From Chiloscyllium plagiosum (lineage: Eukaryota), in the NCBI RefSeq assembly GCF_004010195.1, contig NC_057719.1:43330679-43391498 (forward strand): a DNA stretch of 60,820 nt, written 5' to 3'. Position 1 is the stretch's first letter, and every line of letters begins with the position of its first letter. The notes beneath the pieces were generated by a model. The model had not been told where the DNA came from and ran no database searches. It saw nothing but the letters and a program-made list of their open reading frames with translations. Position numbers and translations under genes: made by a program. This document shows positions 1 to 10,650 of this stretch, piece after piece.

Positions 1-428
1 AACTCCATCTGCCACTTCTCAGCCCATTGGCCCATCTGATCCTGTTGTAATCTGAGGTAACCTTCTTTTCTGTCCACTACACCTCCAATTTTGGTGTCAT
101 CTGCAACTTACTAACGTACCTCTTATGCTCGCATCCAAATCATTTATGTAAATGACAAAACAGAGGACCCAGCACAGATCCTTGTGGCACTCCACTGGTT
201 ACAGGCCTCCAGTCTGAAAAACAACCCTCCACCACCACTCTGTCTTCTACCTATGAGCCAGTTCTATATCAAAATGGCTAGTTCTCTCTGTATTCCGCGA
301 GATCTAACCTTGCTAATCAGTCTCCCATGGGAAACCTTGTCAAACGCCTTACTGAAGTCCATGTAGCTCACATCTACTGCTCCGCCCTCATCAATCCTCT
401 TTGTTACTTCCTTAAAAAACTCAATCAG
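1..428 (-). mobile_element. CR1 LINE reverse transcriptase fragment (runs off window edge)
   Basis: Reverse strand reads YMDFSKAFDKVSHGRL ... ADDTKIGGVVD ... QWAEKWQMEF with frameshifts; typical CR1 ORF2 motifs. Confidence 0.9.
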
Positions 429-870
429 TAAAGGGTTCAGAACAGATTCATAAACACGGATCCTGCATGAGAAGAGATTGAAACTTGCATTATCCTCAGA
501 GAATTAAGAGGAGATTTGATGAAGACATTCAAAATTATGAGGGGTCGGGTCAGAGTAAATGGAGGGAAACATTGCCTGTTTGCAGAAGGATTGAAGACTT
601 GAGGACACTGATTTCAGGTGATTTGCAAAAGCAGCAAATGCAACTTGAAGAAAAACTCAAACTTTGTTTTCTTAACAGTGCAATTTGGATTTAGAAAGCA
701 CAGCCCTGGTATGATTGAAGCAGATTTAAAACAGAACCAGATAAGTATTTGAAGAGAAAGTAATTTCAGGGCTGCATTGAAAAGATTGGGAGTGGGTGGG
801 TAAGGGTTGTGGTACATGGTTTGTTGGTCCACAGACAGCCTCTTTCTGTGCAGTAACCATTCTTATTTTT
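429..870 (+). mobile_element. Degraded CR1 3' end
   Basis: LRGDLMKTFKIMRG-like coding remnant followed by CR1-type 3' UTR and short tandem tail. Confidence 0.65.
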
Positions 871-1460
871 ATTTTTTTCTATTTTTTCAAACCATTCTTA
901 TTTTGCATGCTTGTTAGATATCCACTTTAAATATTTACAAGATTCAACTGTAGGAACTGGCTAATGGAAAACTCTTCTTCCTCTAAAATGTCTTATCACT
1001 GTGTCCACAATTAGTCTAAAAATGTTCCTTGAAAATTCAAAGACATCTTTTCCATACTAGTGGCTTCAAATTGATCCAAAATGTTCTGCAGAATTTGAAG
1101 CAGAAAAGTAGTTACAAATTTCTCTTTATAAATTTTGAAACCTTCAGAGACGTCTTGGGTTTTAAGCTGTAACTAGTGGGATGCCACAGGTTAAAGTCCT
1201 CAGCCCCGATTATTTACAAACTATATTAAATGACTTCTATGTAGGGATGGGATAACTAGGTTGCACAATAGACAAATTTGGAAGTGATACCGAATCTGTG
1301 GGAAATTAAATTGCAATAAAGAAATAAGAGACAAGTAGATATGGATTGGCTAGGTGAATGGATCAAAAATTGGCAGATGGGGGTTTAATGTGGATAAATG
1401 TGAGGCTGAAAATGTGTTGCTGGAAAAGCGCAGGTCAGGCAGCATCCAAGGAACAGGAGA

Positions 1461-1494
1461 ATCGACGTTTCGGGCATACGCCCTTCTTCAGGAA
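1461..1494 (-). ncRNA. Minimal hammerhead ribozyme motif (family A)
   Basis: Minus strand: uuc CUGAAGA A GGGC guau GCCC GAAA CGUC ga. Confidence 0.7.
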
Positions 1495-1576
1495 TGAGGA
1501 AAGTGTGTCCAGCAGGCTAAGATAAAATGTAGGGAGGAGGGACTTGGGGGAGGGGCGTTGGAAATGCGATAGGTAG

Positions 1577-1795
1577 NNNNNNNNNNNNNNNNNNNNNNNN
1601 NNNNNNNNNNNNNNNNNNNNNNNNNNNNNNNNNNNNNNNNNNNNNNNNNNNNNNNNNNNNNNNNNNNNNNNNNNNNNNNNNNNNNNNNNNNNNNNNNNNN
1701 NNNNNNNNNNNNNNNNNNNNNNNNNNNNNNNNNNNNNNNNNNNNNNNNNNNNNNNNNNNNNNNNNNNNNNNNNNNNNNNNNNNNNNNNNNNNNNN
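1577..1795. other. Assembly gap
   Basis: Run of N. Confidence 1.
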
Positions 1796-1929
1796 ACCTC
1801 TCCGCCCCCATCCCACTCCGGCCTATCACCCTCACCTTGACCTCCATCCACCTATCGCATTTCCAACGCCCCTCCCCCAAATCTCTCCTCCCTACCTTTT
1901 ATCTTAGCCTGCTGGACATACTTTCCTCA

Positions 1930-1963
1930 TTCCTGAAGAAGGGCTTATGCCCGAAACGTCGAT
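1930..1963 (+). ncRNA. Minimal hammerhead ribozyme motif (family A)
   Basis: uuc CUGAAGA A GGGC uuau GCCC GAAA CGUC ga; palindromic ACGU helix III, predicted cut after GUC at 1960; helix I only 2 bp. Confidence 0.7.
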
Positions 1964-2139
1964 TCTCCTGTTCCTTGGATGCTGCCTGACCTGCTGCGCT
2001 TTTCCAGCAACACATTTTCAGCTCTGATCTCCAGCATCTGCAGCCCTCACTTTCTCCTCGATAAATGTGAGGCTATCAATTTTAGTCAGAATAATAAAGT
2101 CAATTTAGTTAAATGGAGAAAAACTTAAAAAATTTTGGG

Positions 2140-2275
2140 ACGGATATCTTGTGGCACACACTGGTAGTAACCTTACTCTCAACCGTGGCCACCCAAGTTC
2201 GAGTCCCACCTGCTCCAGAGTGTGTGACAACATCTCTGAACAGGTTTTAAAAAATAGGTTGAATTTTTTAAAAAT
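2140..2275 (+). mobile_element. Short tRNA-derived SINE
   Basis: A-box-like gtggcacacactgg and B-box-like gttcgagtcc, A-rich end, lies inside a CR1. Confidence 0.55.
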
Positions 2276-4362
2276 GCAGTGTAGAGGGATCTGGGTGTTC
2301 TTATGCATGAATTGCAGAAAGATATATGCAGGTGCAGCTGTTATTAATGAGGGCAAATGGAAATCTGGCATTTATTGCTAAAAGAAAATAGAACACAAAA
2401 ATAGGGTAAGCGCTGTTGCAACAGTACAAGACATTGGTAAGACAGCATCTGGAGTAGGAGTACAGTTTTGGTCTCCTTATTTGAGAAAGGAGGTAATTGA
2501 ACTGCTTCTAATGCAGAGAGATTTCACAAGCTTGTTTCCAAAGATAAAAGGCTTGGAGATTTTGACCACTTAAGTCTTCACTCATTCTTCTGAACACAGG
2601 TCTAAAGTGAGCTATACAAAATGCTAAAGGGAATTGACAAAGTAGATGTAGAGCAGATATCTCCCTGGTGGGACATCTATAATGAGGCATCATAGTTTTA
2701 ATTTAAGGGTGACAGATTTAAAAGAGATAGAGGAATTCTTTCAAAAAGAGTTACGAATCTGTGGAATTTATTACCCAAAAGAGCAGTGGATGCCGGTATA
2801 CCGAATAAATATTTGAGGAGATAGACATTTTAAATTAATAATGGGTTCAGAGGAGGAGCAGGAAAGTGCAGTTGGGTTGGAGATGAGATCAGTCATGATT
2901 GTATTAAATGGCAGAGATAGTGAGGGGCTGAATTGCCTACTCTTGATTCCTAATTATGAATGTCTAAATTTTTAAAATTGAGTTGTTACAATATGCAAAT
3001 TGAAAACATTTAAGCTGAAACTATTCTTGGCAGCTTTCACTGAAAACTTTCAAAACAGTATCAAAACAAGTTTGATACCAGATTTTTCTTAAAAAGACTG
3101 CTTATTTGCACTGATTGGGATGATTTTTTAAAAAATACCAACAGCCATTAGGTTAAATGACTACTTTACCATAATTGCTAGTTTTATTTAACAGCATGAT
3201 GGAAGCATTACCTAAATTGAAGGACAGTAGTTTCAGAATACCAACTTAAAATCAAAGATGAAGTTACTAACAAAAGCATGTTTAAAATCCTCTGTACATG
3301 CATTTTTGTGTAATCACCAGCTTTTAACTTGTAATGCAATACTTAAAAATTATTTATGTTATCCTCTAATGCAAATTCTCTCCCAAAGTATCTCAACAAA
3401 GTAGTGGCTAGATGTTACTTCATTCATTCCAGATTGTCCTTGGTCTATATTTTACATTTCAAAATTCAGGAGTCGGGAAGAGAAAATATTTTCCAGTTGA
3501 TCTGGGGATGAAATAAAGTGAGATAAACTTTCAAAATTGGCATTCTATACACTGACCAATCATGTACCAACGGTGAAAGTGGCATTTATTTTTCTGAATA
3601 GCTTTACCGACAGTGAATTCTAGAATGCGGAGTTACCCCCCAAAGGCCAACTTCTTTAGCATGGTAGCATATTCTGCCCATTTCAGAGGTTTCGCATAGA
3701 GGTTTCGCATAAATTGATTGTCCAAATTCATGAACAGGTCTGATGCAAACAAATTGAAAGCTTACGCAGCTCTCAAAAACTACAGACAACTGCCTAATGC
3801 TAGAAGTAACAAAGAGCTTAAAAGATATTTAAAAATACACATTTCTCTTGACTGTAGTCAAAGTACAACAAAACTACCACCACGATCCACATAAGTCCCT
3901 TTATCCTGACGTTGGTAGCTGAATTGAGTAGCTTAACAAAGTTAATCTTCAATAATCAAAAACGTTCTTCACAAAGAATGGGATGAGCCAATGCTTGTAA
4001 TGCTGTACTCATCTCAAAACAAGCTACAGAACAGAAGACATATTAGGGTTAAGATATATTTTATTACTCTGTTACACTTATCCTATTGTTAAGAAAATGG
4101 TGTCAAGACAATGCTTGTTTGGTATAGTAAACATCAGGCAAAAGTAATAAGAAAAGTCAGTTTATGCAAGCATAGGAGTAATGATCATGCTCTAGGCCAA
4201 CATTCAATGCCAGTTTCAAATGCCCTTGAAGTGTGTCAAGTTGCCTTCTTCATTGTGGGTACATCCACAGTGCTATTAGATGGGATCAAACATTTGACAA
4301 GTTTGTGGGCGTTTTTAAAAATGGTGCATCCGTAGCAGTCATGTTGTAAATAGGGTAGAGAG

Positions 4363-4862
4363 NNNNNNNNNNNNNNNNNNNNNNNNNNNNNNNNNNNNNN
4401 NNNNNNNNNNNNNNNNNNNNNNNNNNNNNNNNNNNNNNNNNNNNNNNNNNNNNNNNNNNNNNNNNNNNNNNNNNNNNNNNNNNNNNNNNNNNNNNNNNNN
4501 NNNNNNNNNNNNNNNNNNNNNNNNNNNNNNNNNNNNNNNNNNNNNNNNNNNNNNNNNNNNNNNNNNNNNNNNNNNNNNNNNNNNNNNNNNNNNNNNNNNN
4601 NNNNNNNNNNNNNNNNNNNNNNNNNNNNNNNNNNNNNNNNNNNNNNNNNNNNNNNNNNNNNNNNNNNNNNNNNNNNNNNNNNNNNNNNNNNNNNNNNNNN
4701 NNNNNNNNNNNNNNNNNNNNNNNNNNNNNNNNNNNNNNNNNNNNNNNNNNNNNNNNNNNNNNNNNNNNNNNNNNNNNNNNNNNNNNNNNNNNNNNNNNNN
4801 NNNNNNNNNNNNNNNNNNNNNNNNNNNNNNNNNNNNNNNNNNNNNNNNNNNNNNNNNNNNNN
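4363..4862. other. Assembly gap
   Basis: Run of 500 N. Confidence 1.
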
Positions 4863-5995
4863 TGACAAGTTGCTGCACAGGAGGCTCCTGAGCAAGATAA
4901 GCAACTGTGGTGTTAGAGGCAAGGTGCTGGCATGGATAGAAGCTTGGCTAACTGGCAGAAAGCAGAGAGTGGGGATAAAAGGGTCCTTCTCAGGATGGTA
5001 GCCAGTGACAAGTGGTGTTTTGCAAGGCTATATGTTGGACCACAACTTTTCACTTTATACATTAACAATCTAGATGAAGGAACTGAGTGTGTTCTGGCTA
5101 AGTTTACAGATGACACAAAGGTAGGTGGAGGGACAGGTAGCATTAAGGAGTCAGGGAGGCTGCAGGAAGATTTGGACAGGTTAGGAGAGTGGGTAAAGAA
5201 GTGGCAGATGGAGTACAATGTGGGAAAGTGTGACGTCATGCACTTGGGTAGTATGAATAGAGGCATGGACTATTTTCTAAATGGGGAGAAAATTCAGAAG
5301 TCTGAAGTGCAAAGAGAGTTACAAGTTCTAGTCCAGGATTTTCTCAAGGTAAACTTGCAGGTTGAGTCAGTAGTTAGGAAGGCAAATGCATTGATGGCTT
5401 TTATTTTGAGAGGACTTGAATATGAAAGCAGGGATGTACGTCTGAAGCTCTATCAGGCTGTAGGTAGACCTCATTTAGAGAATTGTGTGCAGTTTTGAGC
5501 CCGAGAGCGTGTTGAGAGGAGGTTCACGAGAATGGTCCCAGGAATGAAAAGCTTAACACATGAGGAATGTTTGAGGACTCTGGGTCTATACTCAATGGAG
5601 GTGATTAGGAAAAACGGGATCTAATTGAAACTTACAGAATATGAATGGCTTGGACAGAGTAGATGTTGGAAAGCTGTTTCTATTAGTAGGAGAGACTAGG
5701 ACCCAAGGGCACAACCTTAGAGTAAAAGGAAGACTTTTAGAACGAAGATAAGGAGAAACTTCTTCAGCCAGAGAGTGGGGAATCTATGGAATTCACTGCC
5801 ACAGAAGGCTGTGGAGGCCAGGTCATTGAGTATATTTAAGACTGAGTTGGATAGGTTGTTGATTATTAAGGGGATCAAGGATTACAGGGAGAAAGCAGGA
5901 GAATGGGCATGAGAAATTTATCAGCCATGTTTGAATGGCAGAGCAGACTCAATGGGCATGGCCTAATTTCTGCTCCTATGTCTTATGGCCTTATG
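4863..5995 (+). mobile_element. CR1 LINE, RT C-terminal half plus 3' UTR
   Basis: ORF 4932-5498: GPQLFTLYINNLD, KFTDDTKVGG, WQMEYNVGKC, RPHLENCVQF; tail tatgtcttatggccttatg. Confidence 0.93.
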
Positions 5996-7192
5996 CATAA
6001 TGCAAAGGCAGGTCACTGAGAGTCAGCACCATCTAAAGTATTCTCTGAGGTGTCAGTATCTCAGCAAGTGATGGATGTAGGAGGCAGCCTTACTGGTATT
6101 CCCTCTGAGTGAACCTTGTCCTCAGAGGTGAAGGAGGGGTTCTGTTACCTGGCTGTCAAGACCATGCAGATTTATTAGTACCTGCAGGAGACAAATGAGA
6201 GAATACACCACGAAAGACAGGGGCATGATAAAAGTACCTTCACAGTGATGATAATGGAGAGAAGAACACAGCAATGCACAATGCATCTTTCATGCTGCTA
6301 GGACATGGACGTTTCAGGGTCACCACTTGAAGGGTTGTGGTACTCACTGGTGAGGGCCATGATTCTTTCCTTGTGGGGGTGAGAGCTAAATGCTGGGCAC
6401 ACCATCACCTGCCCTGGTTCTATGTGCTCTTTTGAAGGCCGCTTTTCTCTTGAAGTGAGACAAAGAGAGGGATTGAGTGAGATGGAAATGACTAGCACAG
6501 CTGGTAGTGCTGGTACAAGTTGGAGAAAGGTGTCGCGGTGCTCTGAGTGAGTGAGCAGGCATCGCAGCAGACATGTGGTGTGGGAGGTTTTGGTGAGATA
6601 TAGTGAGTGGTAGAGCATGAACCTTGCAGTGACAGAGATAGAGTGAATGTGAAGTAGCAGAGGGAAGAGTGTGGCATTTATCTAGGTGGAGTGGAGGAAG
6701 TCATTGACCTTCACGGTTGGGCATTCCTTTGGACTATGTAAACAGGACTGACCTGCATGGCAATTTTAGATGAGGCAGGCAGAGTCTGGTATGTGGTCTC
6801 TTCTGCTGGTCCTGGGGCCCTCTTGCTTAGCACCCCATCCACCAGAACATCCAGGTTCCCGTCTGCTAAGCAAGGGATCAATTTTCCTTTATCTGACATC
6901 TCCAGGGCAATTCTTTGCAGGGCAGCTCCAGATGGCCAACACTTGTCCTGCTTTGGAGAATTGCATTTTAAATATTACACTGGTGCCATGAATAGCAGGA
7001 CACCCCAGGAATGCTTGCACTTCCACCTAGAGAGAGAAGGAGAATAGAATAGAATATGGACACCATAGCAGTGTGTCACACAGATAATGAAGTGAATTTG
7101 GGAAGAGAGTGTGAGAAATCTTGCTAGACGAGAACCCCTCCGTGAAACCCGTTAAAATTGGCAGTTAATGGATATCTGGTGAAATTCAGCCC
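5996..7192 (-). mobile_element. PIF/Harbinger transposon remnant with Myb/SANT-like DNA-binding gene
   Basis: ORF 6899-6711 MSDKGKLIPCLADGNLDVLVDGV...KIAMQVS...RNAQ followed by a KVND remnant resembles the Harbinger Myb/SANT domain; TIR-like gggctgaatttc on minus strand at 7181-7192. Confidence 0.65.
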
Positions 7193-7961
7193 ATGGTTAC
7201 TCTATAAAATGCATTAGCAGGCTTTAGATTGGCTTTACTAAATTCCCAGTGTATTGCTACTCACAGAAGGTGCAGCATCTCCAATTCCAAATGGGAGGCA
7301 AAATTAGAAGGGAGTTACTCTTGAGTTCCTCCTGGTTGCTAAATATGCGAACAATAATAGCAGTCAGACTGCTCCCCCTCCCCCATGCCCTTTTCATAGG
7401 CATCAGGCCAGAAAGATTAACAAGCATTTTTAAAAACTGGAGGAAATTTAGTAAATACTGATTTGGAAAGAAAAGCCCAAGAATTCTATTAATGTTTGGT
7501 TCCAAGAATCCATCAGACTGGGTTTGCAATGCCAGAAAATCACATCCAAATTCATTTCTGCCCTTATGCCAAAGAATGAGACACTTCTTCCATCTGCATC
7601 CCTTCCATTTCAGTGCTAATTTTGGAATGTCATTGAGAGGAATCGAGCCAGTTAAAACTTGCTGTAGAGTCAGTGGTAAGTGCAGACACATGAGATTAAT
7701 GTGTGGGCTCCACAATGTCATTTCTATGGAACAAGGTTTCCAAGGGACTTTGGTTGCCTATGCAGACAAGCTGACAGAATGTTTGAAATTGTTTCGTACC
7801 CTTCATTGACTTTGGATATACCGTTCTGCATCCCCATCCTCTTATTGAATAGCAAAAGTGTCTCGAAAGTATCACCACTACCGTGCGCATTGCTGTCCCC
7901 TCATCGTGTGGTTCTAGATTACTCAGCATCTACCCTGTCAAGCTATCTCAACCTTATCTAT

Positions 7962-8768
7962 CAGCATTAAACTCATACCCCACTGATTACTAGCTTCCCA
8001 AATGTATACAACCAATTAACTTTAAATTAATTTATCTATCACCTATTCCATAATTACATAATTGTTACACTTCAGAAGGAGGCCATTCTGCCCATTATAT
8101 CTAAATCAGCCCTCTGAGCATCTTAACGTAGTATCATTCTCCTGCCTTTCCAGTAACCATACACAAATGTTTTGATTCAAAAAATCCTAATGCCTTGTTG
8201 AATGCTTCAACTCAATTTGTCTCCACCACACTCCCAGGCAGTGCATTTCATATCCTTACTACTTGCTGTGTGAAAGAAAACTGACCTCATTTTGCTTTTG
8301 CTTCTTTTTCTAAAAACATTTTAAAACTGTACCCTTAGGTTCTTGATCCTTTTACAAGCTACGTCCCTATCTGCTCTGACCAGAACTCTCTTGGTTTTGA
8401 AATCTGTTAAATCTCCTTTTAGTCTTCTCCTCCCTAGGGAAAACAGTCCCAGCTTCTCCATTTTTTCCTCATAACCGATGCGTTTCATCCCTGAAACCAT
8501 TCTTGTAAGCCCCTTCTGCCGGCTCTCCAATGCATTCATGTTGTTCCTATAATGTGGTGCCTAACTCTGTATGCAATAATCCAGCTGAGGTCTAACCAGT
8601 CGCATAGGAGAACATAAATGTTTTTGACCTGAGTACAAGTCCACACTTTTAGTGGGAGCTTTATCTCAGCTAATCAAACAGCATTAAACTCATACCTCAC
8701 TGATTACTAGCTTCCCAAATGTATACAACCAATTAACTTTAAATTAATTTATCTATCACCTATTCCAT
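7962..8768 (+). repeat. 90-bp direct repeat pair (7962-8051 and 8679-8768)
   Basis: 89 of 90 positions identical by eye. Confidence 0.9.
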
Positions 8769-8960
8769 TATTCCATTAGATCTCAGTCTTCAAACCATAT
8801 AATGTAGCAACAACCAGTCTCCTATATAAATTCAACATAATCTCCCTGCTCTTGCCCCTATCAACAAAGCCTAGAATACTATGTGTTTGATTAAGAGCTT
8901 TCTCTGCCTGCCCAGCTACTTGTACATGTGCTGTATATATGTTTGTTTCTGTACACCCTT
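8065..8960 (-). mobile_element. Degraded CR1 3' fragment with a 210-bp internal insertion (8602-8811)
   Basis: ORF 8539-8321 MNALES...YEEKMEKLGLFSLGRRRLKGDL; aaccagtc duplicated at 8594-8601 and 8812-8819. Confidence 0.8.
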
Positions 8961-9189
8961 TATTTTATACTGCCTCTCCATTCTCTTTGTACTAAATTAA
9001 TTGAAGTCAGATGCAAGTATAGTTTCTTCTGGAGAAAGGAAATGGAACAGAACATTTTAGGGAGTCTGGGGTCGAAGGCATCAAGCAGAAAACCAGAATT
9101 AAAGCTCCAATCCCCTCAACCATGATCTTATTGATTGGAGAAGGAGACTCAAGTCTGTTCTCAAATTTGGTGACACATTTCATCCTGAG

Positions 9190-10650
9190 ACGAGAAGCAA
9201 CTTCCTGTTCTTACCATCACTAAGATTGCCTATTTCCACCTCCCTAAAATTGCTGGCTTCAACCCTGCCTCAGCTTAACTGCTGCTAAAGCACTTATTCA
9301 TTTCTCTATTTCCTCTAACCTTGACTATTCTAATACATCTCTGGCTGGTCTCCCACACTCTGTCCTCTGTTTATTTGAAATTATCTAAATCTCTGCTGCC
9401 CTTCTCTCAGCGAGCAACAAGTCCTGTTCCCTTATCATCCCTGTGCTTGCTGATCTATATTTGCTCCTGATCTTGAAGTAACATTTCAACCTTGTTTTAA
9501 AATTCCCATGGTCATGACTTTCTCTGTCTTAGTAATTCTCTCCAGTCCACAACCATTTGAGATACCCGTACCTCTCTAATGCTGGTCTTTTATGCATTCC
9601 CATTTTTTATCGTCATGCCCTCAGTTGTCATGGCAGTAAGCTCTGAAATTCTCTCCCTAAAACTCTCAACTTCACTTGCCTCCTGAGTGCGAGAGCGAAC
9701 TGTGAGGACAATATTTCAGTATAGTTTGGACAAGTTCAGTGAGTGTGAATACATAACAGGTGAAATATAATATGGATAAATGTGAGGTTATTTACTCTGG
9801 TAGCAAAAACAGGAGGGCAGATTATTATCCTAATATACTGATCACTGAGAGTAAGCAGGCTGTTGCAAATGATGGTGAAGAAGGCAAATGATATATTGGC
9901 CTCCGTAGAGACTGGAGTAGGGATGTATTGCTGCAATCGTACAGTGAGACCACGCTTGGAGTATTGTGTACAGTTGTGGTCTAGGTTAAGGGGGGAGTGT
10001 AATGAAGGTTTACCAGACTGATTCCTGGGATGGCAGGCCTGAAATATATAGAAAGACTGGAACGGTTAGGAATATATTCACTGGAGTTTGAAGAATCTAA
10101 TTTCATAGAAACCCCTACAAAATTCTAACAGGACTCGACAGGGTAAATGCACGATGTTCCCAATGACCAGGGAGTCCAGAAACAAGGATCACATTCTCAG
10201 CATATGGGGTAAAGCATTTTGGACTGAAACTAGGAGAAATTCCTTCACCCAGACAGTGATCAGCCTGTGGAATTCTCTGCTAAAGAAAGTGGTTGACGAC
10301 AAAATGTTGAATCAAATCAAGTAGAAATTAGGCATAGTTCTTAGGCCACAGAGAACAAAAGTAATGGGGTGGAAGCGGGAACCAGATATGAGTTAGATGA
10401 TCAGCCATGATCATATTGAATTGTGGAGCAGGCTCGAAGGGGCGAAAGGCCTAAGGCTGCTTCAATTTTCTATGTCTCTATGTTAAGATAAACCATAAAA
10501 TCTATCGCTTTGACCAAGCTATTGGTCATTGAATCTAAAACTTGCTTATACAGGTCACTGTCGTACATTATTTTATAATGTTCCTGTGAAGTACTTTGGA
10601 CTTTTCGCTACATTAAAAAAGTTGGTAGAGATATACATTGTTGTTATAAG
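9190..10650 (+). mobile_element. L2-clade LINE 3' fragment split by a CR1 insertion
   Basis: LDYSNTSLAGLP, SAA, IPVLADL and FKI remnants at 9190-9685; resumes at ~10486 with an L2-type tail. Confidence 0.7.
9686..10485 (+). mobile_element. CR1 LINE 3' fragment
   Basis: YNMDKCEVI, VRPRLEYCVQLW, FTRLIPGMAGL remnants; tail ctatgtctctatg. Confidence 0.85.

Larger units (their letters stand above)
1408..2059. mobile_element. Penelope-like element, family A, inverted-terminus copy (centre in assembly gap)
   Basis: Left arm ~1405-1576 is the reverse complement of ~1850-2022; right arm has an extra ~37-nt tail; duplication gataaatgtgaggct at 1393-1407 and 2060-2074; same terminus is joined to PLE coding sequence at 50314-51086. 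Confidence 0.85.
1160..2965 (+). mobile_element. Old CR1 LINE RT/3' fragment, interrupted by a PLE fold-back element (1408-2059) and a short SINE (~2140-2275)
   Basis: SGMPQG, WIKNWQM, FNVDKCE and LVRQHLE-like remnants continue across the insertions. Confidence 0.8.

Noticed and set aside
1435..4922. Long ORFs 1435-1851, 1488-1880, 1517-1816, 4236-4922, 4339-4878
   Set aside because: They are open only because they run through N gaps
4932..5498. 188-aa ORF as a host gene
   Set aside because: It is a CR1 RT fragment with a degraded catalytic motif; the same holds for the ORFs at 53521-55437
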